Positions 29,371 through 36,346 of a DNA stretch of 64,000 nucleotides are shown here, in pieces; position 1 is the stretch's first letter; each line of letters begins with the position of its first letter. A program made the translations under genes and the position numbers. Below the pieces are notes generated by a model. It saw only the letters and a program-made list of their open reading frames with translations, was not told where the DNA came from and ran no database searches. This DNA comes from Thermoanaerobaculales bacterium (lineage in GTDB: Bacteria; Acidobacteriota; Thermoanaerobaculia; Thermoanaerobaculales; Sulfomarinibacteraceae). Where the stretch lies: NCBI GenBank assembly GCA_035358815.1, contig DAOPQC010000009.1, positions 2,405-66,404 on the forward strand, read 5' to 3'.

Positions 29371-31455
29371 CTACTCCTCCTCCTCCTCGCGCTTGCCGGC
29401 GGCGGCGATGATCTTCTCCTGCAGGTGCTTGGGCACCTCGTCGTAGCGGTTGAACTCCATGTGGAAGTCGCCGCGGCCGCCGGTGATCGAACGCAGGGTC
29501 GCCGCGTAGGTCAGCATCTCGGCCAGCGGCACCTGGGCCTTGACGGTGGTGGTGCCGCCTTCGGTGTCCATGCCCTGGACGCGGCCGCGCCGCGAGTTGA
29601 GGTCGCCCATGACGTCGCCCATGCACTCCTCGGGGATGTAGGCCTCGATCTGCATGATCGGCTCGAGCAGGGTCGGGTTGCACTGGGAGGCGCACTCCCG
29701 GAACGCCTTGCGGCCCGCGATCTTGAACGCCATCTCCGAGGAGTCCACCGAGTGCTCCTTGCCGTCGAGCAGGGTGACCTTGAAGTCGACCATCGGGTAG
29801 CCGGCGAGCACGCCGCGCGCCGCGGCCTCCTGGACCCCCTTGTCGACGGCCGGCCGGTAGCCTTGAGAGATCGAGCCGCCGTAGATCTTGTCGACGAACT
29901 CGTAGCCGTTGCCCCGGTTCGGCTCCATGCTGATCCGGCACTCGGCGAACTGGCCCGAGCCGCCGGTCTGCTTCTTGTGGCGCGTCGTCACGTCGGCCGA
30001 GCCGGTGATGGTCTCCCGGTAGGGGACCTTGGGCTGGTGGAGGTTGACGTCCACCTTGTAGCGCTTCTTGAGCCGGCCCACCACCACCTCGACGTGGAGC
30101 TGGCCGGTGCCGGAGATCAGGAGCTCCTTGGTCTGCGGGTCACGGCCGACCGCGATCGTCGGGTCCTCGTCCCGGATCCTGGCCAGCGCGGCCGCCAGCT
30201 TGTCCTCGTCACCCTTCGACTTGGGCTCCAGCGCGAAGCTGATCGAGGCCTCGGGGATCGGCACCGCCGCGACCCGGATCGACTTCTTGGGCGGGCACAG
30301 GGTGTCGCCGGTGTGGGTGTCCTTGAGCTTGGGGACGGCGCCGATGTCGCCGGCCGCGAGCGCCTCCACGTGCTCCAGCTCCTTGCCCTGGACCACCGAC
30401 AGCGCGCCGAGGCGCTCGGAGCCGTCGCGGGTTGCGTTGGCGACGGTGGCGTCGGAGGCGATGCCGCCTGACAGCACCCGCAGCAGCGAGATCCGTCCGG
30501 TGTACGGGTCGGAGATGGTCTTGAAGACGTAGGCGACGAAGGGGGAGTCGGCGGAAACTGCGAGCTCCTGCTCCTCGCCGTCGACGGTGGCGGCGAACCG
30601 GCGCCAGCTCGGGCTCGGCGCGAGGTCGACCAGCGCGTCCATGAGCGGCTGGACGGCGATGTTCTTGCCCCCGGCCAGCGCGAACACCGGACACAGCGCG
30701 CGCGACTCGACGGCCGCCTTCAGCCCCTTGCGGAAGGTCTCCGGTTCGAGGCCGCCGCTCTCGAGGTAGCTCTCCATGAGCGCCTCGTCCTGCTCGGCCA
30801 CCATCTCGAACAGGGCCTCGCGCGCCGCGGCCACGTCGTCGGCCATCGCGGCCGGGATGGCGACCTCGGCGGCCTTGCCGCTCTCGTCGTGCGGCCAGGT
30901 GAAGGCCTTGCCGCTGACCAGGTCGACCACCCCTTCAAACGCTGCCTCCTCGCCGATCGGGAGCTGGACCGGGATCACCTCGCGGCCGTACTTCTGCTGC
31001 AGCGACGCGACCGTGCGCGAGAACGACGCGCGGTCCCGGTCCAGCAGGTTGACGGCGAAGAGCAGCGGCAGCGAGGAGCTGGCGGCCGCCTTCCACAGCT
31101 TGTCGGTCTGGACCTCGGGGCCGGCAACCGCCGACACCAGCATCAGCGCCGCGTCGGCCACCCGCAGCCCCTGCAGCGCGTCGGTGGTGTAGATCCCGTA
31201 CCCGGGCGTGTCGACGAGGTTGACCTTGGTCCCCATGCGGTCGAAGTGGGCGACCGCGGTGTTGATCGTGATCTTGCGCTCCTGCTCGTCCTCGTCGAAG
31301 TCGGTCGTCGTGTTGCCGTCCTCCACCTTGCAGAGCCGATTGACGACGCCCGCGTCGAACAGCATGGCCGACACCAGCGAGGTCTTCCCGGTGTGGGAGT
31401 GCCCGATGACCGCGACGTTGCGGATCGTGTCTGTGGTGTAGGTGTTCGCGCTCAT
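29371..31455 (-). CDS. fusA: Elongation factor G family GTPase (stand-alone paralog, not in an rpsL-rpsG-tuf context)
   Basis: G1 AVIGHSHTGKTS, G3 DTPGY, and EF-G domains II-V throughout (694 aa). Confidence 0.9.
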   Translation of the reverse strand: MSANTYTTDTIRNVAVIGHSHTGKTSLVSAMLFDAGVVNRLCKVEDGNTTTDFDEDEQERKITINTAVAHFDRMGTKVNLVDTPGYGIYTTDALQGLRVADAALMLVSAVAGPEVQTDKLWKAAASSSLPLLFAVNLLDRDRASFSRTVASLQQKYGREVIPVQLPIGEEAAFEGVVDLVSGKAFTWPHDESGKAAEVAIPAAMADDVAAAREALFEMVAEQDEALMESYLESGGLEPETFRKGLKAAVESRALCPVFALAGGKNIAVQPLMDALVDLAPSPSWRRFAATVDGEEQELAVSADSPFVAYVFKTISDPYTGRISLLRVLSGGIASDATVANATRDGSERLGALSVVQGKELEHVEALAAGDIGAVPKLKDTHTGDTLCPPKKSIRVAAVPIPEASISFALEPKSKGDEDKLAAALARIRDEDPTIAVGRDPQTKELLISGTGQLHVEVVVGRLKKRYKVDVNLHQPKVPYRETITGSADVTTRHKKQTGGSGQFAECRISMEPNRGNGYEFVDKIYGGSISQGYRPAVDKGVQEAAARGVLAGYPMVDFKVTLLDGKEHSVDSSEMAFKIAGRKAFRECASQCNPTLLEPIMQIEAYIPEECMGDVMGDLNSRRGRVQGMDTEGGTTTVKAQVPLAEMLTYAATLRSITGGRGDFHMEFNRYDEVPKHLQEKIIAAAGKREEEEE

Positions 31456-31489
31456 GATGTCTCCCTCCGAGAAAGCGATGTCGTCTGGG

Positions 31490-32380
31490 TCAGGTGGCGA
31501 GCTCGATCGAGCTGCCGGTGAGCCGCCGGTACGCCTCGCGGTAGCGCTCGAGGGTCCCGGCGACCACCTCTGCCGGCAGCACCGGCGCCGGCGGCTGCTT
31601 GTTCCAGCCGCTCCTCTCCAGCCAGTCGCGCAGGTACTGCTTGTCGTAGGACGGTTGGCCGCGCCCGGGCTCGTACGAGTCGGCCGGCCAGAAGCGGGAC
31701 GAGTCCGGAGTCAGGGCCTCGTCCATCCACACGATGCGGCCGTCAGGGTCGAGCCCGAACTCGAACTTGGTGTCGGCGATGATGATCCCGCGCTCGAGTG
31801 CATACGCCGCGGCCTCGCGGTAGATCCGCAGGGTCAGGTCGCGCAGCGTCTCGGCAACGCGGCCGCCGACGATGCCGACCATGCTGTCGAAGCCGATGTT
31901 CTGGTCGTGGCCCTCGGTGGCCTTGGTGGCCGGCGTGAAGATCGGCTGCGGGAGCCGCTCCGACTCGCGCAGGCCGGACGGCAGCGCGATGCCGCAGACC
32001 GAGCCGCGCTCACGGTACTCCTGCCATCCCGAGCCCGCGAGGTAGCCCCGGGCGACGCACTCGACCGGGATCGGATCGAGCCGGCGAACCAGCACGCTGC
32101 GGCGGTCGAGCTCGGCGAGGCCGCGAAAGGGCTGCGGGAAGGCCGAGCGCTCGGTCGCCACCAGGTGGTTCGGGACGTCGCCGAACCGGCCGAACCAGAA
32201 GTTCGACAGCTGGGTCAGGATCACGCCGCGTCCGGGGACCCCCGGGGACAGAACGCAGTCGAAGGCGCTGATCCGATCGGTGGCGACCAGCAGCAGGTCG
32301 CCGTCGACGGCGTAGATGTCCCGGACCTTGCCGCGGCTCACCAGCTGTCCCCCCGGGATCGAGGTGGTGAGCAGCGCCAT
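31490..32380 (-). CDS. purC: Phosphoribosylaminoimidazole-succinocarboxamide (SAICAR) synthase
   Basis: GKVRDIY..., LLLVATDRISAFD, and IIADTKFEFG motifs. Confidence 0.9.
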   Translation of the reverse strand: MALLTTSIPGGQLVSRGKVRDIYAVDGDLLLVATDRISAFDCVLSPGVPGRGVILTQLSNFWFGRFGDVPNHLVATERSAFPQPFRGLAELDRRSVLVRRLDPIPVECVARGYLAGSGWQEYRERGSVCGIALPSGLRESERLPQPIFTPATKATEGHDQNIGFDSMVGIVGGRVAETLRDLTLRIYREAAAYALERGIIIADTKFEFGLDPDGRIVWMDEALTPDSSRFWPADSYEPGRGQPSYDKQYLRDWLERSGWNKQPPAPVLPAEVVAGTLERYREAYRRLTGSSIELAT

Positions 32381-32381
32381 T

Positions 32382-32672
32382 TCAGGCTTCCTTGGCCTCG
32401 ATCACCGCCTGGGCCTGCTTGGCCATTCGCGACTTGTAGCGGGAGGCGGTGTTGCGGTGGAGGACGCCCTTCCGCCAGCCGACATCGATGACCGACAGGG
32501 TCGCCGGGAGCAGCGCCTTGACCTGGTCCGCGTCGCCGTCGGCGATTGCGACCCGCATCGCCCGCATCTGCCGCCGCACCCTGGTGCGCACCGACTTGTT
32601 GCGCATGCGCCGCTCGAGTGACTGGCGGTGGTGCTTGCGCGCCTGCCTCTTCGTTCCCTTGATCGTTGCCAT
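32382..32672 (-). CDS. rpsT: 30S ribosomal protein S20
   Basis: Basic 96-aa protein: KRQARKHHRQSLERRMRNKSVRTRVRR...HRNTASRYKSRMAK. Confidence 0.9.
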   Translation of the reverse strand: MATIKGTKRQARKHHRQSLERRMRNKSVRTRVRRQMRAMRVAIADGDADQVKALLPATLSVIDVGWRKGVLHRNTASRYKSRMAKQAQAVIEAKEA

Positions 32673-32758
32673 CTCGGACCTTCTCCTTCAAGCGCCTCCG
32701 GGAGGCGGCACGGGTCGCATATTCTAATCGAAAGTCCGAATCCAGGCTAGTGCCAGGT

Positions 32759-33045
32759 TCAATTCCGGGCTCAATTCCGGGCTCCAGACCCCGTTTCGAT
32801 TCCGGACTCTGGGCCGGTGCCCGTCCCCGCTTCCGCTTCCCCTTCCGCTTCCGCGCCCGGACGGTGCTCAGGACGCGGGAAAGCTGCGGGGGTCTTCGAC
32901 TTGCCACCGTGCTGGGCGGTTCGCTTCCAATGACCTACCCCCCAGGTCATCGGTGACCTTGTCGGCCCACACGGGCCCTGGGGGTGCTCAGAATGACCAC
33001 GGACAGAGTCGGAAGCGGGCGCGGAAGCGGGCGCGGACGCGGGCC
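32759..33045. repeat. Mosaic intergenic repeat locus B (12-nt tandem, C-arm, 150-nt core with hairpin, G-arm)
   Basis: tcaattccgggc x2 at 32759-32782. C-arm CGCTTCC-type at 32818-32858. Core hairpin atgacct/aggtcat at 32930-32950. G-arm at 33011-33045. Its bases 33017-33043 are the exact reverse complement of 29079-29105. Confidence 0.85.
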
Positions 33046-33077
33046 GGTCGGCCGACCCAACCTCCGGCCCCCACGGC

Positions 33078-33908
33078 CTACCGGATGGTCATCCCCAGCG
33101 AGCGCAGCCGCTCCCGAGCGAGGTCGGCCTCGCGGCTGCCCGGGTGCTCGTAGACCACGTACTGCAGGTTGAGCACTCCCTGCCCCTTGTCGCCCAGCTT
33201 GAGGTAGAGCAGGCCCTTCTTGAGCTGGGCGGCGGGCGCCTTGTCGCTCGCCGGGTACTCCTCCAGCACCTGGTCGAAGATCGCGAGCGCCTCCTCGGAC
33301 TTGTCCTGGGCGTCGAGGCACTCGCCGATCCAGTACAGCGCGTTGTCCGACAGCTCGGTCGAGGGCCAGCGCCGCCGGTACTCGCCGAAGCCGTCAGCGG
33401 CGAGGTCGTAGTTGCCGCGCATGTAGTCCTCATAGGCCGCGCGGTAGAGCTCCTCCGGAGATGACGCCGCGGCGGAACCGGCCGCGGCGCCGTCCGGCGG
33501 GACGGCCGCGCCGCCCTCGCCGCCGGGCGCAGGTCCGGCGGCGGTCACCGGCGGCAGGTACTGGCCGGTCGCAGCGGCGGACCGAGCCCTGGCGAGCTCC
33601 TGGGAGATCGCCTCGAGGCGCGTGGTCGTCCGCTCCAGGCTGGCGTCGAGCGCCTCGATCTGCTCCTGGAGCTGCTCGACCCGCATCGCCAGGTCGGCGT
33701 TGGAGCGGGAGGTCTGGGCCGCGCCCTCCTGCAGCTGGCGCTTGATCGCGTCGAGGTCCTGCTTCGCCGGCATCGACTGCGACAGCTGCTCGACCTGAAG
33801 CTGGACGTCGGCGATCTCGCGGTGGAGCAGGGTCATGTCCTCGGACGAGGTGCAGGCTGCAAGCGGCAGCAGCGGGAGAGTCAGGACCAGCGTCCACAGC
33901 ACTCGCAT
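33078..33908 (-). CDS. cpoB: Tol-Pal system protein YbgF/CpoB (coiled coil + TPR)
   Basis: Lipoprotein-like signal LPLLPLAAC. N-terminal coiled coil (QLQVEQLSQ...). C-terminal YbgF TPR block (YRAAYEDYMRGNYDLA...ALYWIGECL). Directly downstream of pal. Confidence 0.8.
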   Translation of the reverse strand: MRVLWTLVLTLPLLPLAACTSSEDMTLLHREIADVQLQVEQLSQSMPAKQDLDAIKRQLQEGAAQTSRSNADLAMRVEQLQEQIEALDASLERTTTRLEAISQELARARSAAATGQYLPPVTAAGPAPGGEGGAAVPPDGAAAGSAAASSPEELYRAAYEDYMRGNYDLAADGFGEYRRRWPSTELSDNALYWIGECLDAQDKSEEALAIFDQVLEEYPASDKAPAAQLKKGLLYLKLGDKGQGVLNLQYVVYEHPGSREADLARERLRSLGMTIR

Positions 33909-33918
33909 CGCGAGCCTC

Positions 33919-34500
33919 CTAGCGCGCGGTGATGACGAAGTGGGCGCGCCGGTTGAGGCGCCACGCCTGTTCGCCGCTGCCGACCTCGAACGGCCTCTCC
34001 TCGCCGTACGAGATCGTGCGCAGGCGCTCGGCCCCGACGCCGAGGAAGATCAGGTAGTCGCGCACCGCCGCCGCCCGGCGCTCACCGAGCGCGAGGTTGT
34101 ACTCGCGTGTGTTGCGTTCGTCGCAGTGGCCCTCGATCAGGATCTGGATCGTGCGGTGCTGCTGCAGCCAGGCCGCGTTGCGGGCCAGCGCATCGCGGTA
34201 CTCGGGCTTGATGTCGTAGAGGTTGGTGTCGAAGAAGATGTCCTCGAGGTAGCCGCCGGCGTTGAGCAGCGCGAGGTCCTCGGGCAGCTCTTCGCGGACC
34301 TCCTCGGAAACCAGGGGCTCGGCAGTCGGCTCGCCGACGATCTCCTCCTCGATGCCCTCGGGCCCCTCACCGGTCCCGGGCGTGGTCGCGGTCGGCGTCG
34401 GAGCGGTCGGGGGCGGCACCTTGGTGCTCTTGCAGGCACCGAGGGTGGCCAGGAGGAGCACGGCGATCAGGGCTGCAGCGAGACGGGAAGTGGGTCTCAT
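33919..34500 (-). CDS. pal: Peptidoglycan-associated lipoprotein Pal (OmpA-like domain)
   Basis: Lipobox LLATLGAC. OmpA-C motifs: IFFDTNLYDIKPEY, IEGHCDERNTREYNLALGERRA, and ISYGEE. Confidence 0.9.
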   Translation of the reverse strand: MRPTSRLAAALIAVLLLATLGACKSTKVPPPTAPTPTATTPGTGEGPEGIEEEIVGEPTAEPLVSEEVREELPEDLALLNAGGYLEDIFFDTNLYDIKPEYRDALARNAAWLQQHRTIQILIEGHCDERNTREYNLALGERRAAAVRDYLIFLGVGAERLRTISYGEERPFEVGSGEQAWRLNRRAHFVITAR

Positions 34501-34627
34501 TCGAGGCCTCCTTGACGGTCACTCTACCAGCCCGGATCCGGGCTCACAAGCTCTTGAGAGCTGGTCTCGGCGGGGCGGTGTGGAATCGACGCGCGATGTG
34601 CCCGATGTCACTGGAGGAGAGGATATA

Positions 34628-34768
34628 GGGGATAGGGAATAGGGGATAGGGGAGAGGGGAGAGGGGAGAGGGAACAGGGGATAGGGGAGAGGGAGTAGGG
34701 GAGAGGGCCTAGCTGCCTTGTGGGGTAGCCATCCTGGCTGCCTTGTGGGGTAGCCATCCTGGCTGCCC
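34628..34768. repeat. Mosaic intergenic repeat locus C (12 G-tracts in GGGGA(T/G)A heptamer array + 25-nt tandem repeat)
   Basis: 34628-34707 holds 12 runs of G3-4 separated by 3-4 nt. 34713-34762 is ctgccttgtggggtagccatcctgg x2 (period 25) plus a partial third unit. Confidence 0.9.
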
Positions 34769-34770
34769 AG

Positions 34771-35358
34771 CTACGGGTTCGCGTCGTCATCCGCGAGGAG
34801 CCCGCCGCCGGGACGGTCGAGCCGGCCGGCCCGGTGGAGCTTGGCGAGGTAGTCGTAGACGACGATCGAGCCGGCCACCGCGAGGTTGAGGGAGGGCACG
34901 AGGCCCCACTGCGGGATCTGGACGACGGTCGCCGCGGTCGCGACCAGCTCCTCGGGGATGCCGCCGAGCTCGGCCCCGACCAGGAAGCACGGGCGATCCG
35001 GGTAGCTCGCCTCGAACAGGCCGACCGCGCGCCGGTGCAGCTCCACCGCCACCAGCTGCCAGCCACGCTGCTCGAGGTGCGACCGGAAGGCGCCGGCGTC
35101 GCGAAGGTGGAGAACGGTGGTGTAGAGCTCGGCGGTGCGCGCGGCCTCGACGTTCCAGTCACGCTCCCCGACCAGCAGCACCTCGGTCGCGGCGGTGGCG
35201 TGGGCGGTGCGCACCAGCGAGCCGACGTTGTGCTCCTTGGAGATGTTCCAGGCCGCGATGGCGAACGGCCGCAGCCCGTCGCGGTAGTCCTGGCGGCGGC
35301 GCTGCCGGCGGTCGGCGCGGCGCGCGGCGGTCCACGCGGCCTTCTTGGGATCCACCAT
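34771..35358 (-). CDS. TrmH/SpoU-family RNA 2'-O-methyltransferase
   Basis: SpoU motifs: NVGSLVRTA, FLVGAELGGIPEE, and IPQWGLVPSLNLAVAGSIVVYD. Confidence 0.75.
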   Translation of the reverse strand: MVDPKKAAWTAARRADRRQRRRQDYRDGLRPFAIAAWNISKEHNVGSLVRTAHATAATEVLLVGERDWNVEAARTAELYTTVLHLRDAGAFRSHLEQRGWQLVAVELHRRAVGLFEASYPDRPCFLVGAELGGIPEELVATAATVVQIPQWGLVPSLNLAVAGSIVVYDYLAKLHRAGRLDRPGGGLLADDDANP

Positions 35359-35398
35359 CGGACCCAGGGTAGAGCATGCGGCCGCCGCCGGGAACCAC

Positions 35399-35434
35399 AG
35401 AAAAAACGAAACCCCGCGCGCGGCGGGATTTCGT
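35399..35434 (-). terminator. Rho-independent terminator
   Basis: The minus strand reads acgaaatcccgcc-gcgc-gcggggtttcgt followed by TTTTTT. That is a ~12-bp GC-rich stem and a 6-T run. Confidence 0.75.
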
Positions 35435-35514
35435 CATGGTGGGTATCCCCACCCGGACTTCTTCAGTGGGTTTCGCGGCCGTAAAGTCCGTTGAACACCC
35501 GCGGTCCGAAGGGA
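35400..35514 (-). ncRNA. Candidate ~115-nt structured RNA or attenuating leader (family unknown)
   Basis: Bracketed by the promoter and terminator above. Internal helices: gtcc/ggac, cggactt/aagtccg (7 bp), and ggtggg-gata-cccacc. No convincing ORF. Confidence 0.35.
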
Positions 35515-35521
35515 CACCTCC

Positions 35522-35550
35522 AATATGTGTGCACGCCGCGGCTGTGTCAA
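35522..35550 (-). promoter_or_regulatory. Candidate sigma-70-type promoter
   Basis: On the minus strand: TTGACA (35550-35545), a 17-nt spacer, then CATATT (35527-22). Located inside the cdd/trmH-like gap. Confidence 0.45.
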
Positions 35551-35652
35551 GGGGGCGTGGGAGCTCGTCTTCGGGAGCGAATCCGACCGCGCCGACGGTG
35601 AGACTCCCGGCCGCTGGATGAGCTTGGCTGCAGGCCTCGATCTGCCCGGGGA

Positions 35653-36063
35653 TCAGCCGCGCTCGAGCGTCCGCCCGTCGAAGGCGTGGGGCAGCAGCTG
35701 GGACACCGAGGTGACGACCCGTTCACCGGCCGGGTTGGCCAGGATGACCGGGAAGTCACCGAACTCCGACAGCACCTGCCGGCAGGCGCCGCACGGCGAG
35801 GCCGGCGGCACGGAGTCCGTGACCACGGCGAGCGCCTGGAAGCGGCGAGCGCCGGCGGCCACGGCCGCCGCCACCGCGTTCCGCTCGGCGCAGACCGAGA
35901 GGCCGAACGAGGCGTTCTCGACGTTGCAGCCGCTGCTCAACCGTCGGTCCGGCAGCAGCAGCGCCGCTCCGACCCGAAACTGCGAGTAGGGGGCGTAGGC
36001 GTGGTCCCGCGCCGCGGTGGCCGCTGCGACCAGGCGGTCGATGTCATCAGAAGAGAAATCCAT
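35653..36063 (-). CDS. cdd: Cytidine deaminase
   Basis: ATG 36063. Zinc motifs CAERNA and PCGACRQ. The upstream 46 codons of the track ORF run through repeat DNA. Confidence 0.85.
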   Translation of the reverse strand: MDFSSDDIDRLVAAATAARDHAYAPYSQFRVGAALLLPDRRLSSGCNVENASFGLSVCAERNAVAAAVAAGARRFQALAVVTDSVPPASPCGACRQVLSEFGDFPVILANPAGERVVTSVSQLLPHAFDGRTLERG

Positions 36064-36125
36064 GGCTCCATGATACCGAGCCGAATGAGGTGCGGAGCGC
36101 CCGTTGTCGATTCTGACCTTCTCTC

Positions 36126-36278
36126 GGGAACGGGAACGGGGACGGGAACGACAGCTGGCCGTTGTGGGGTCGCCATCCTGGCTGCCTTGTGGGGTAGCCA
36201 TCCTGGCTGCCCGGAAGCGGGCGCGGGCGAGGGGGCGGGCGGGGGCCCTACCCCCTATTCCCTACATCCCATCCCCTC
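36126..36278. repeat. Mosaic intergenic repeat locus D (alpha G-array, 25-nt tandem, beta G-array, inverted gamma array)
   Basis: gggaacgggaacggggacgggaac at 36126-36149. 36153-36212 is ~95% identical to 34711-34768. ggaagcgggcgcgggcgagggggcgggcggggg at 36213-36245. C-rich ccctaccccctattccctacatcccatcccctc at 36246-36278. Confidence 0.9.
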
Positions 36279-36281
36279 AAG

Positions 36282-36307
36282 AAAAAGGTGACCGCCCGAA
36301 GGCGGTC
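36282..36307 (-). terminator. Probable Rho-independent terminator of the FecR-like gene
   Basis: The minus strand reads gaccgcc-ttcg-ggcggtc, then acc and TTTTTCTT. It lies 40 nt past the stop at 36347. Confidence 0.55.
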
Positions 36308-36346
36308 GATGGAGACGTGTGATGTCGCTTGAGGATCTGGCTGTCG

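Noticed and set aside
32673-32760. rpsT promoter (TAGAAT -10 on the minus strand) and an autoregulatory leader hairpin.
   Set aside because: A -10-like hexamer exists, but the -35 match is poor and the palindrome cctcccggagg is too short to support a specific call.
35400-35514. The candidate small RNA as SRP (4.5S) RNA or 6S RNA.
   Set aside because: It lacks the domain IV GGAA tetraloop and the AGCA symmetric-loop motif of SRP RNA. It is too short and lacks the central bubble architecture of 6S RNA.
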